A stretch of DNA of 64,000 nt from an uncultured delta proteobacterium (GTDB taxonomy: Bacteria; Desulfobacterota; Binatia; UBA9968). Positions 10,161 to 19,695 of the stretch are shown piece after piece (position 1 is the first letter of the stretch; every line of letters begins with the position of its first letter). Both the position numbers and the translations under genes were made by a program. Where the stretch lies: assembly GCA_963760795.1 (NCBI GenBank), contig CAVXEP010000010.1, positions 62,113 to 126,112 of the forward strand, read 5' to 3'. Under the pieces are notes generated by a model, which was given only the letters and a program-made list of their open reading frames with translations, made no database searches and had not been told where the DNA came from.

Positions 10161-11217
10161 ATGAGCGAAGGCGTACGACTATACGCAGGCACCCAACATG
10201 GCTTAATCACCTGGAAGTCGACCAATTCAGGCTGGCAGGAAGTGGCGCGTCATTTCGAAGATGGCATCATCGACTCGATCCACGGCTGCAAGCAGTCGCC
10301 GGAGACCGTCTTCGTCGGGGTCACTCATGACGGGCTCTATCGCACGACCAATGGCGGCAAGAGCTGGGTGAAAGTATTCGAAGGCGATATCCGCTCGGTC
10401 ACCGTCGATGCCAGCGACGACAAAGTCGTCTACACCGGCATCGAGCCGGTGGGGCTGTTTCGCAGCGAAGACGGCGGCGATAGTTGGCAAGAAATCACCG
10501 CGTTGAAAAAGCTGCCGCAGTCGGTGCGCAAGAACTGGTGGTATCCGCAAGCGCCGCACCATGGCCATGTGCGCAACATTCATATTCACCCCGACGATCC
10601 GCAAACGATTTATTTATGCCTCGAACATGGCGGCATCGTCCGCAGCTTCGATCGCGGCGCCACCTGGGAAGATGTCAGCAAAGGCATCGACTATCTCGAC
10701 ATTCATGTGATCGCCAACTTTCCCAAACGTAACGACCGCTACTACGTCGCCAGCGCGCGGGGGTTCTTCACCAGCGAAAAGCCGGAAGCCGGTTGGACTC
10801 GCGCTGAAAACGGCATGACCCGCGACTATTTCCACGACTTTCTATTTCTTAATCCGCAGGGCAACGATGAGCCAGCGACCATGCTCATCGGCGCCGCCGA
10901 CGCCTCACCGGGCTTCTGGCGCCGAGAAAATCGCGGTGCAAGAGCGGCGATCTTCAAAAGCACCGATGGCGCGGAATCTTGGACCCGCGTTACCAACGGC
11001 CTCGCCGAAGAACTCGACTCCATGGTCTGGGCATTGGTGCATCACCCGACCGATCATAAGTCGGTTTTCGCCGGTTTCGGCAATGTCGCCCGCGGCCACG
11101 CGTCAGGTGCCGGGCGGCGCCGGCGATCTGATGATCAGCCGCGACCAGGGCGACAGCTGGGAGCGATTGGATATCGAACTGCCGGCGGATCGAGTACTGT
11201 GGGCGGCGGCGGAATAG
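10161..11217 (+). CDS. BNR/Asp-box repeat beta-propeller protein, cytoplasmic; frameshift near 11110
   Basis: Repeated S-x-D-x-G-x-T/S-W boxes (RSEDGGDSW, RSFDRGATW, KSTDGAESW). The last box, ISRDQGDSW, lies in the 10867..11217 frame. Confidence 0.8.
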
Positions 11218-11229
11218 CGAACGCTGCGC

Positions 11230-11358
11230 GTTCGCGTTCCATGCGTTCCAGGGTTCCAAAAGTTCCAGTCGTTTCAGGGATTGGGAACAACGAAACGTCA
11301 ATGAATCCTGACCAATTGGAACATCTGGAACCGCTGGAACTACTGGAACAGATCTAAC
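11230..11358. repeat. Second inverted GTTCCA/TGGAAC ~9-bp array
   Basis: gttccatgcgttccagggttccaaaagttccagtcgtttca…ttggaacatctggaaccgctggaactactggaac. Confidence 0.9.
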
Positions 11359-11374
11359 GTATCGAGGCACAAGG

Positions 11375-13282
11375 ATGGCGAATTCCGAATACTCAAACTT
11401 TTTCCCGGCGAAACGCAAAACCCGTTTGCCCGGCGGCTACATGGGGAAACTGCTGCGCGTCGATATGACGACGGGGAAACTCACCGACATCAATCTTCCC
11501 GAAGAACCGCTGTTAAGAAAATATTGGGGCGGCCAACTCTTCGCCGAATATGTCCTGCTCAACGAACTGCCCCTCGGCATCGATCCCTACGATGCCCGCA
11601 ACGTCATCGTCGGCATGACTGGTCCAATCACCGGCACTGGGTTCACTCCCGGCGGCACCAAGATGTGTTTCGTCTATTTGAGCCCGGCGACCAAGTACAC
11701 CCTCGGCCGCGGCGCCACCAGCGGCTATTTTGGCACGTCGTTAAAATGCGCCGGCTATGACGGCATCATCGTCACCGGCGCGGCGCAGACGCCCAAGTAT
11801 CTTTACATCGGCGAAGACAAAGTCGAGTTGCGCGATGCGAGCAAGGTCTGGGGCAAGGGCATCCGCGAGACAGAAGACACCCTGCGCAAAGAATCCGGCC
11901 ATCAGGATGCGCGCGTCGGCGCCATTGGTCCCGCCGGTGAAAACCTGGTGCGCGCGGCGATGCTGGTCAACGACTACAATCACACCGCGGCGCACGGGTT
12001 GGGCGCGGTGATGGGCTCGAAGAAACTGAAAGCCTTGGTCGCCTGGGGCACCAAGCGGCCGCGCTTGCATGACAAAAACAGATTGATCGACGCCGGCGTG
12101 CGCTGGTCCAAAACGATCGCGTCGCGCAAGACCACCGTGAAGAAGCGGCTCACCAGCGTCGGCCATGGCGAGGACTGGGGCGCGATTACCAAGTTGAACT
12201 GGCGCAGCACGATCATCACCGACGAAGCCAAAGGCCTCGATCAGAATCGCGTCACGCTCCGTCCCTGCTTTCAATGCCCGCGCATGTGCCCGTGGGATGT
12301 CGAGATCGGCGAAGGCCGCTTCAAAGGCAAGATCGGCCACTTCAACGCCGGCAGCGAGTGGATGGACACGTTTTACAACTTGGGTTTCAAGGGCAACGAC
12401 GTGCTTTATCTCTCCGAGCGCATCAACGACCTTGGCATCGAGTGCAGCCACTTCGCCTGCGGCGCGGGGCTCGCTTTCGAAGCCTGGGAGAAAGGCGTGC
12501 TCGGCGCCGACAAGACCGACGGTTTGAAGTTGGAATGGGGCAACATGGAAGCGGTCGAGACCTTGCTCGAGCGCTGCGCCCGGCGCGAGACCTGGCTCGG
12601 CAATATTCTCGCCGACGGCCCCAAAGAGCTGGCCGAAGAGCTAGGCGGCGAAGCGAAGAACTGGGTGGTGCACACCAAAGGCGGCACTCCGGCGCAGCAT
12701 GAGTGGCGCCCGATGCTGAGCCAAATGCTGCGCGAACTGGTCGCCAGCGGCGGCATGAAACCTCAAGGCGCCGGTGGCACCGAACCGCCCGCCGATCTCA
12801 AGTATCGCGAAAAATGGGGTCCACTCGATCCCAATCAACCGGACGGTTGGACCAGCTCGCATTTAATTACCGAGCAGGTTCGCCAAGCTTGCGGCATCAT
12901 GGGCGCTTGCTGGTTTGCATTAAACGACAAGCCGCGCGACGGGGTGCAAAGCATGCTCGACGCGCTCAACGCGACCACCGGTTGGAACGTCAGTTTGGAC
13001 GAACTCGTCGATGCCGGCCACCGCGCGATTATTTTACAGAGCGTCTTCGGCACCCAGCGCGGCTGGATCGCCGAGCATGACTGGCAAGATGTCGGCCCGC
13101 GATTTTTGGAACCGATCCCCGACGGCAAGTACAAAGGCTTCACCATCGCCAAGTGGCTGCCGGAGTTAGTTTACGAATATTACAAAATCTCCGGCCGCCA
13201 CGAACACACCGGCCGGCCGTTCGTGGACACGCTGCAAAAGTTGGGGCTCGAAGAGTTTAAAGAGTGGAGCCAACTCGATTAA
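11375..13282 (+). CDS. Aldehyde:ferredoxin oxidoreductase (AOR/WOR) family protein, paralogue 2
   Basis: Collinear with 4358..6244; GAVMGSKKLKA, CFQCPRMC, and the same EWSQLD terminus. Confidence 0.9.
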   Translation: MANSEYSNFFPAKRKTRLPGGYMGKLLRVDMTTGKLTDINLPEEPLLRKYWGGQLFAEYVLLNELPLGIDPYDARNVIVGMTGPITGTGFTPGGTKMCFVYLSPATKYTLGRGATSGYFGTSLKCAGYDGIIVTGAAQTPKYLYIGEDKVELRDASKVWGKGIRETEDTLRKESGHQDARVGAIGPAGENLVRAAMLVNDYNHTAAHGLGAVMGSKKLKALVAWGTKRPRLHDKNRLIDAGVRWSKTIASRKTTVKKRLTSVGHGEDWGAITKLNWRSTIITDEAKGLDQNRVTLRPCFQCPRMCPWDVEIGEGRFKGKIGHFNAGSEWMDTFYNLGFKGNDVLYLSERINDLGIECSHFACGAGLAFEAWEKGVLGADKTDGLKLEWGNMEAVETLLERCARRETWLGNILADGPKELAEELGGEAKNWVVHTKGGTPAQHEWRPMLSQMLRELVASGGMKPQGAGGTEPPADLKYREKWGPLDPNQPDGWTSSHLITEQVRQACGIMGACWFALNDKPRDGVQSMLDALNATTGWNVSLDELVDAGHRAIILQSVFGTQRGWIAEHDWQDVGPRFLEPIPDGKYKGFTIAKWLPELVYEYYKISGRHEHTGRPFVDTLQKLGLEEFKEWSQLD

Positions 13283-13303
13283 GCCGATCCACGAGGAGAC
13301 AAA

Positions 13304-14293
13304 ATGCGAGCGGTTAAATTTTCAACTCTAATGTTGCTCTTATTATTTTTTGCCGCAGCCCTGGAGCCGTACGCGCATGCGCAGACATTGAAAAAAGTCC
13401 GCATGGCGAGCTCGTCGACCAACGTCTCGTTCCTCGCTCTCTACACCGCGCTCCATCGCGGCTTTTTCAAGGACGAAGGCATCGACCTGGAAATCATTTT
13501 TATGCCGGCCAACCTAGCCAGCACGGCGGTTTTGAACGGCGACGTCGACTTCAACGGCGCCGTCACTGGCACCATCGGCGCCGCAGTCCAAGGCCGGCCG
13601 ATGAAAGTCTTGCTCTTCACCGTATCGAAACCATTGCTGTTCTTGATGGGCCAGAAAAACATTAAGGACTTGAAGCAGCTCAAAGGCAAGAAAATCGCCG
13701 GCAGTTCGCCCGGCGGCTCGGCGACGCTACTCGCCAATCAGGCGCTCAAACAAATCGGACTGGAGCCCGGCAAGGACGTTTCGGTCCTGCAAATGTCCGG
13801 CAACGCCGCGAGCCGACTCGCCGTATTGGAATCCGGGGTCGTCGAGGCATCGCTGATATCCGTGCCGGAAAACATCATCGCCCAAGAAAAGGGTTATAAC
13901 GAATTACTTTTTCTCGGCGACGTCATCGAATTTCCCCAGAACGGCTTCGGAACTTCGGACAAACGCATCCGCGAAAACCCTGACGAAGTTTACCGCATGG
14001 TACGCGCCACGTTGCGCGGCCTGCAATTCGTCTGGGATAAAAACAACCAGGAAGCGGTCACCAACATTCTGATGAAACAATGGAAAGTAAACGACCGCAA
14101 GATGGCCGCGGAAATGTCGCGCCAAGTCGGACGCGTGCTAACCAAAGACGCCTACGTCAAACCCGAGTCGGTGCAAGTGCTCATCGACCTCGCCCGCGAC
14201 AGCGCGAAGGTCACCAAGCCGGTTACCGTCGCTGAAGTCGTCGACTACAGTTTCTTGGACAAGGCGAGAAAAGAATTGGGAATCGGGAAATAA
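13304..14293 (+). CDS. ABC-type substrate-binding protein, NitT/TauT family
   Basis: Signal peptide ending AHA-Q, GFFKDEGIDLE, LKGKKIAG, VVDYSFL. Confidence 0.88.
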   Translation: MRAVKFSTLMLLLLFFAAALEPYAHAQTLKKVRMASSSTNVSFLALYTALHRGFFKDEGIDLEIIFMPANLASTAVLNGDVDFNGAVTGTIGAAVQGRPMKVLLFTVSKPLLFLMGQKNIKDLKQLKGKKIAGSSPGGSATLLANQALKQIGLEPGKDVSVLQMSGNAASRLAVLESGVVEASLISVPENIIAQEKGYNELLFLGDVIEFPQNGFGTSDKRIRENPDEVYRMVRATLRGLQFVWDKNNQEAVTNILMKQWKVNDRKMAAEMSRQVGRVLTKDAYVKPESVQVLIDLARDSAKVTKPVTVAEVVDYSFLDKARKELGIGK

Positions 14294-14296
14294 CCG

Positions 14297-14320
14297 GTAG
14301 GGGCGCAGCATGCTGCGCCC
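14297..14320 (+). repeat. GTAG-type REP palindrome
   Basis: GTAG followed by GGGCGCAGCATGCTGCGCCC, between convergent genes. Confidence 0.75.
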
Positions 14321-14322
14321 GG

Positions 14323-15354
14323 TCAAAGCAGCGGATCGATAATCACCTTGATCGAATCCTGCCCGCTCGCCGTCAGTTGAAAACCCACACCCGTCTCCGC
14401 CAGCGGCAATCGGTGCGTCACCATGTCGGCAACCCGCACTTTGCGATCACTGATCAGTTCCAACGATTCTTTCAAATCGTCGCCGCTGCCGGCGTAAGAG
14501 GTAACCACGGTGATTTCATCGCGCCAGAAATCGAACAGCGGAATTGGCGCATCGACGCCCGCCGCGGTGGGCGCAAAGAAAAGCAACGTGCCGCCGCGAT
14601 CGATCGATTTCGTCGCCTGCTGAATCGCCGGCATGGCGCCCGTGCAAACGATCACCAGGTCGGCCAGGCGGCCGTCGTTGAATTCTTTTAGCCGCGCCGG
14701 CACGTCTTCCGCGCCGTGAATCGTCGCATCGGCGCCGAACTGTTTGGCCGCATTCAATCGATAGTCGCTGATATCGGTGGCGACAACGCGAGCCGCACCG
14801 CACGCCTTGGCGAGCTGAACGTGCAGCAAGCCTGAAATGCCGCTGCCGATCACCAAAACCGTCTGCCCAGCTCGGAGCTTGGCGAACCGCTGCGCCCGCA
14901 CGACGCACGCCAACGGCTCAATAAACGAGCCCTCATCGAAGGTCATCGAATCGGGGATGCGCAACGTCCCCAACTCGACGTTAATCTTCGGTACACGAAT
15001 GTACTCGGCAAAGCCGCCAGGCTCAAAGTGTGTCGTGCGCAACAGGTCGCAAACCGATTGATGCCCGGCCAAACAATAGCGGCACTTGCCGCACGGCACA
15101 TGGTGAGTGGCGAAAACCCTATCGCCGACCTTAAACGTATCGACGCCCGCGCCCAGTTTTACGACTTCGGCGGTAATCTCATGGCCCAGAACCAGCGGTG
15201 CCTTCTTGACGCGATACCACTCCATCAAGTCGCTACCGCAAACCCCGCTCGCCCGCGTACGCAAGAGCAATTCGCCGGGACCGATCTTCGGAACCGGTAG
15301 TTCTTCGAGACGAACATCCCGATTGTTGTAGTACATCGCGACCCGCATGTTCAT
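14323..15354 (-). CDS. Zinc-dependent alcohol/polyol dehydrogenase (MDR family)
   Basis: GVCGSD, GHE, CGKCRYC…C, GSGISG. Confidence 0.92.
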   Translation of the reverse strand: MNMRVAMYYNNRDVRLEELPVPKIGPGELLLRTRASGVCGSDLMEWYRVKKAPLVLGHEITAEVVKLGAGVDTFKVGDRVFATHHVPCGKCRYCLAGHQSVCDLLRTTHFEPGGFAEYIRVPKINVELGTLRIPDSMTFDEGSFIEPLACVVRAQRFAKLRAGQTVLVIGSGISGLLHVQLAKACGAARVVATDISDYRLNAAKQFGADATIHGAEDVPARLKEFNDGRLADLVIVCTGAMPAIQQATKSIDRGGTLLFFAPTAAGVDAPIPLFDFWRDEITVVTSYAGSGDDLKESLELISDRKVRVADMVTHRLPLAETGVGFQLTASGQDSIKVIIDPLL

Positions 15355-15387
15355 TGTCTGTGGTATAAGTTGCAACGGCGCTTCTTG

Positions 15388-16191
15388 TCAGCTCGCCTTC
15401 CTCGTCTTGCCACTCTTCTCACTCTCATAAATCTTGAAAGCCTCCTTGACGGAAACATTCTCATGCACGATCGCGCGCACGGCTTTGATCATTCCAACCG
15501 GTGAATCGGACTGGAAGATATTGCGACCCATGTCGACGCCTACCGCGCCACCTTTGACGGCGTTGTAAGTTAGCTCTAAGGCTTCCACCTCCGGCGTCTT
15601 CTTGCCGCCGGCGACGATGACCGGGATCGGGCAGCTGCCGATCAGCTCTTCGAAATTATCGCAATGGTAGGTCTTGACGATGTGCGCACCCATCTCGGCG
15701 GCGATGCGGCAGGACAGGCCGAGATAGCGCACGTCCCGCGCCATGTCCTTGCCTACTGCGGTAACCGCGAGCACGGGGATGCCGTACTTCTCGCCTTCGT
15801 CGACCAACTTAGCCAAGCTGACTAAAGTCTCTTTCTCGAACTCCGAGCCGACGAAAATCGACAACGCGATCGCCGAGACATTGAGCCGAATGCACTCTTC
15901 GATCGACACGGTAATATCTTCGTTGGATAATTCTTTCAAAATGCTCGTACCACCCGAGACGCGTAGCACGATCGGCTTGTCCGCTTTGGTGTCCACCGAG
16001 GTACGCAACACACCGCGCGTCAGCATGATCGAGTCGGCGTGCGGCATCAACGGTTCGATGGTTTTGCGCGGCTCTTCCAAACCGCTGGTCGGTCCAAGAA
16101 AGTAGCCGTGGTCGACGGCGAGCATCACCGCCCGTCCATCCGGCTTGATAATGCGCGCCAAACGATTTGCCATTCCCCAGTTCATCGACAT
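15388..16191 (-). CDS. lsrF: LsrF-like class I aldolase/thiolase
   Basis: MNWGMANRL, MLAVDHGYFLGPTSGLE, CRIAAEMGAHIVKTY, GVDMGRNIFQS. Confidence 0.88.
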   Translation of the reverse strand: MSMNWGMANRLARIIKPDGRAVMLAVDHGYFLGPTSGLEEPRKTIEPLMPHADSIMLTRGVLRTSVDTKADKPIVLRVSGGTSILKELSNEDITVSIEECIRLNVSAIALSIFVGSEFEKETLVSLAKLVDEGEKYGIPVLAVTAVGKDMARDVRYLGLSCRIAAEMGAHIVKTYHCDNFEELIGSCPIPVIVAGGKKTPEVEALELTYNAVKGGAVGVDMGRNIFQSDSPVGMIKAVRAIVHENVSVKEAFKIYESEKSGKTRKAS

Positions 16192-16273
16192 ACTTGCCTC
16201 CTAAGCTCAGAAATTGAATGGCCAAAAGCTATCACAAATCGATTTTGAATGTGAATCCTCGCCACGGTGGAAT

Positions 16274-16300
16274 TTGACACTGCAGCCGGAGAGATATAAT
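16274..16300 (+). promoter_or_regulatory. Candidate sigma70 promoter for the cupin gene
   Basis: TTGACA-N15-TATAAT. Both hexamers are perfect but the spacer is short. GAGGAGG follows. Confidence 0.5.
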
Positions 16301-16329
16301 TTGACGCGAACAGAGCCCGAGGAGGAATT

Positions 16330-16749
16330 ATGCCGATTGAAATCGTCGATATGGTCAAGAAGGCCGGCGAAGGCAAACGCCAAGTCATCTTCAACACCAA
16401 CAAGTTACACGCCTGGGTGCATGTTTACCCCAAGCCCGGGGACGCCGACGACATGCACTGCCACAACGCCGACCAAACATTCTATGTAATCGATGGCGAA
16501 TGCACCATGCATTTTCCCGACGGCGGCAAGGCGGTCATGACACCGGGCAAGGTGGCAACCATCACCGGCGGCTCGTTCTATCAGTTAGAGAATACCGGCT
16601 CCGGTCCGATGGTGCTCATGGGCAACCGCTCCGGACCTTCGGGAGCGATCCAACATATCAATTACGAGTTGCGCAAGGACATCAAGACTCTACCCAAAGA
16701 GGAAATGGACAAGATTCGCCATCCCGGCAACGTGCGCATCGCCGGATAG
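16330..16749 (+). CDS. Cupin domain protein
   Basis: MHCHNADQTFYVIDGE…YQLENTG; strong RBS. Confidence 0.85.
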   Translation: MPIEIVDMVKKAGEGKRQVIFNTNKLHAWVHVYPKPGDADDMHCHNADQTFYVIDGECTMHFPDGGKAVMTPGKVATITGGSFYQLENTGSGPMVLMGNRSGPSGAIQHINYELRKDIKTLPKEEMDKIRHPGNVRIAG

Positions 16750-16772
16750 ATAATCGAACTCAATTCGCTAAA

Positions 16773-17657
16773 TTAGTCTTCGACTTCGGTGTGCAAACGG
16801 CCCAACGGCCAAACATAGCGCACACCGAGGCCGAACAAGATCAACCCGCCGCCCCAAACCGTCGCCGTCGACGGCAACTCGCCAACGATTAGGGCAACCC
16901 ACAGCGGATTGAGCACCGGCTCGATCAATGCGATCAGCGATGCCTCCGGCAACGACACCGTCTGCAGCCCCTTCGAAAAGAGATAATAAGGCGCACCGAG
17001 CTGCACCGCCCCCATGACGGCGAGAATCATCGCCTGATTCATCGTCAACGCCAGCTGGGCTTGAACAAACCAGAAGAGCAACAACGCGCAGACGAGATTG
17101 TTGACCCAAGTCAAATACACCGGATCGATACCTTTCGTGCGTTGCAGGTTGATCATGTAACCGGCGAACAGCAGGCCGCTAACCAATGCAAGCACGACAC
17201 CCACCATCTCTGGCTCGCCGGCGCTATCGAGTGAAATGATGCCAATGCCGATCATCGCCACCGCCAGGGCGAATAGATTGGCTTTGGCGATTTTTTCCCG
17301 CATAACCAGCCACGAAAACAAAAACACGAAGATAGGGGCCGTATACTGGAGCACGATGGCATTAGCAGCACTGGTCAGTTTATTGGCCGAGACAAACGCG
17401 CTGATCGCCGCGGTGTAAGTCAGCACCGACACGAGAACCGTGCCGTTGCAGCGAAAATCACGCCGCTTCAGAAACGGCATGAATACCAGGGCGGCGAACA
17501 GACTGCGGTAGAAAACGATCACCAGTGGGTGGAGGTCCAGGAACTTAATGAAAACCCCAGCCAGACTCCAGAGGATCGCGGCGGCGAGGATAACCAGCCG
17601 GCCGGGCTCGATGCCAAATGGCGCAGGCGGGTTGGCTGCTGTGGATCCCATTGGCAA
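16773..17657 (-). CDS. DMT/EamA family transporter
   Basis: About 10 hydrophobic segments; ANAIVLQYTAP, IEPVLNPLWV. Confidence 0.9.
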   Translation of the reverse strand: MPMGSTAANPPAPFGIEPGRLVILAAAILWSLAGVFIKFLDLHPLVIVFYRSLFAALVFMPFLKRRDFRCNGTVLVSVLTYTAAISAFVSANKLTSAANAIVLQYTAPIFVFLFSWLVMREKIAKANLFALAVAMIGIGIISLDSAGEPEMVGVVLALVSGLLFAGYMINLQRTKGIDPVYLTWVNNLVCALLLFWFVQAQLALTMNQAMILAVMGAVQLGAPYYLFSKGLQTVSLPEASLIALIEPVLNPLWVALIVGELPSTATVWGGGLILFGLGVRYVWPLGRLHTEVED

Positions 17658-17735
17658 ATACTTCGTATCCTCAGGCTACAGCCTGGTGTGGTTGGCGCAA
17701 CTCGATAACACGCCTGCACATCTGCGAGCCAGCAC

Positions 17736-17774
17736 AAACAAAAATGGGATGGGACGCAGATGCGCCCACCCCAT
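17736..17774 (-). terminator. Intrinsic terminator after rplI
   Basis: Imperfect hairpin atgggatggg…cccaccccat, followed by a T-tract on the minus strand. Confidence 0.6.
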
Positions 17775-17808
17775 GGTGATCGAACAGATGATTGGATTAT
17801 GAATACGC

Positions 17809-18255
17809 CTAGCTGTCGGCCACCACCGACACTTTGAGCGTTACCGTGAGATCCGCCGATAACCTGACCGGCACGTCGTAGTCGCCGGCGACCTTGATCG
17901 ATTCGTTCAAATGAATCTTGCGCCGGTCGACGACCAGACCTTTGGCCTTCAGCGCCTTTTCGATCTGCATGTTGGTCACCGAACCGAAGAGCTTGCCTTC
18001 TTCGCCGACCTTCATCGGAATGACCAGCGACACGCCGGCCAATTGATCGCCCACCGCTTGAGCTTGGCGCAGCACCTTGGTTTTCTGATCGGTGATGATT
18101 TTTTTTGCATGCTCGAAGGTCTTCAAATTTTTCTTGTTGGCCTCCAGCACCAGACCGCGCGGCAGTAAGAAATTCCGCGCGTAACCGTCGCGCACGCGCA
18201 CGACTTCGCCGATCTTGCCGACGTTGGCGATATCTTCTTTGAGAATAACTTCCAT
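17809..18255 (-). CDS. rplI: 50S ribosomal protein L9
   Basis: MEVILKED…GYARNFLLPRG…GKLFGSVT. Confidence 0.97.
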   Translation of the reverse strand: MEVILKEDIANVGKIGEVVRVRDGYARNFLLPRGLVLEANKKNLKTFEHAKKIITDQKTKVLRQAQAVGDQLAGVSLVIPMKVGEEGKLFGSVTNMQIEKALKAKGLVVDRRKIHLNESIKVAGDYDVPVRLSADLTVTLKVSVVADS

Positions 18256-18265
18256 GGTTCCTCCG

Positions 18266-19219
18266 CTAGGACGCTTGGCTCGGAGTGAGGTTGTCTTTAC
18301 CCAAGCGGCGAAAATCGCCCCATAGGTCGAACAGCCCCAGCCCAATAACCATCAGCGTAAAGATTTGTTGAAATACGATCAAGATATAGGTAATGCCGCG
18401 CAGAAACCGCGGCACGTTGTTTTTGTGAAAAAAAAACGCGATCACCGCCAACCCCTGGACGAAGTAAAAAGCGCCAACGATCAACAACAGATTCATGGCG
18501 ATCAGACGCGCGAGATCGGCAACCGGAAAAAACAGGCTAAAGCCGCTTGCGATCAACCCCCAGACCAGCGGTTCCGGCGCTTTCCAATCGCGGAAATTTT
18601 CGATCGCGAACCATGCGCTCCGGCGCTCGGGAAAACGGCGCCGCAGCGAAAGCAGATTGATCAAGGCGATAATCGCAAAGGTCAAAAACAGCAACCCCGG
18701 GAGGAGCTGTAAAGTCATCTCGATCAACTGTGGCATTCTTTCTTTTACCAGTTCCAAGCTTTCCTTGGAGAAACCTAGCTGTTCCTGCATGCGCGTCGCT
18801 GCCGCGAACTGTTGGGTCAATCCAGCGCGGAAATCTCCCGCCAGCGCCGCCCAAGAGCCGAAAAAGTAGCGGGCCGCGCCGAGCGCCCAAATAAACATCG
18901 CCGTGGCCGCGCCGACGACAAGATACTCAACCCTACGCAGCCGCCCGACCAGCGACAACAGCACTCCCGCCAGGACGGCGAATACGCCGTACAGCAAGCT
19001 CAGCTCGACGCCACCAAAGATCGCCAACAGCAAGAGCGCGACGAGTACCACGCCGAGGCCATAGCCAATGCCGTATTTAACGCCAAACAACAGCACCGGT
19101 TGGACGACAAACGGCAACAGTAGCGCGCCGATGGGCGGCAGACTGATGCCGCTCATGAACAAAAACACGCTCAGGGCTAGCGCCAATAGAAACCGGGTAA
19201 TGACTTCTAGCCGCTGCAT
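18266..19219 (-). CDS. DUF2232 / YybS family membrane protein
   Basis: Hydrophobic; YFVQGLAV and GLFDLWGDFRR motifs; canonical position between rpsR and rplI. Confidence 0.85.
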   Translation of the reverse strand: MQRLEVITRFLLALALSVFLFMSGISLPPIGALLLPFVVQPVLLFGVKYGIGYGLGVVLVALLLLAIFGGVELSLLYGVFAVLAGVLLSLVGRLRRVEYLVVGAATAMFIWALGAARYFFGSWAALAGDFRAGLTQQFAAATRMQEQLGFSKESLELVKERMPQLIEMTLQLLPGLLFLTFAIIALINLLSLRRRFPERRSAWFAIENFRDWKAPEPLVWGLIASGFSLFFPVADLARLIAMNLLLIVGAFYFVQGLAVIAFFFHKNNVPRFLRGITYILIVFQQIFTLMVIGLGLFDLWGDFRRLGKDNLTPSQAS

Positions 19220-19242
19220 GGGTGTTGGGCAGAGAAACGAAT

Positions 19243-19536
19243 TTAGTTGTTGGCGGTAGTAAACGGCAGCAAGGCAATGCTGCGCGCGCGCTTGACCGCG
19301 GTCGTCAGCAGCCGCTGATGGCGCGCGCAATTGCCGGTGATCCGGCTCGGCGTCATCTTGCCGCGTTCGCTGACGAAGGAAGAAATCGTCCGCAGATCCT
19401 TATAATCGATCCGCAGACTTTTGTCGGCGCAAAAACGACAAACCTTGCGCCGGAACATCGGCCGGCGACGCTGGCCGCCCTTGTCTTCATCGGACCGCTC
19501 GCGGCTAGGTCTCGGGCTCCGTTCGTACTGTGCCAT
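19243..19536 (-). CDS. rpsR: 30S ribosomal protein S18 (Zn-binding type)
   Basis: RRKVCRFC…IDYKD…[11 protein letters not shown]. Confidence 0.97.
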   Translation of the reverse strand: MAQYERSPRPSRERSDEDKGGQRRRPMFRRKVCRFCADKSLRIDYKDLRTISSFVSERGKMTPSRITGNCARHQRLLTTAVKRARSIALLPFTTANN

Positions 19537-19695
19537 AAATTACGCTACCTCTTATTTCGTCTTGCTCTTCCTAGCCGTGGATCTATTCATGCGACTGGAA
19601 GTCCAACCATTTGGCGAAAGCGGGCGACTATCCTGAATTCGAGTGATTGGCAAATCAAAGCCAACCTCACGCAACCCGCGGGATGCCACGCCGAT

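Noticed and set aside
10058-11358. GTTCCA/TGGAAC arrays as CRISPR repeats
   Set aside because: Units are 6 bp with 2-4 nt spacers in inverted arms. There are no 25-40 bp repeats with unique spacers and no cas genes.
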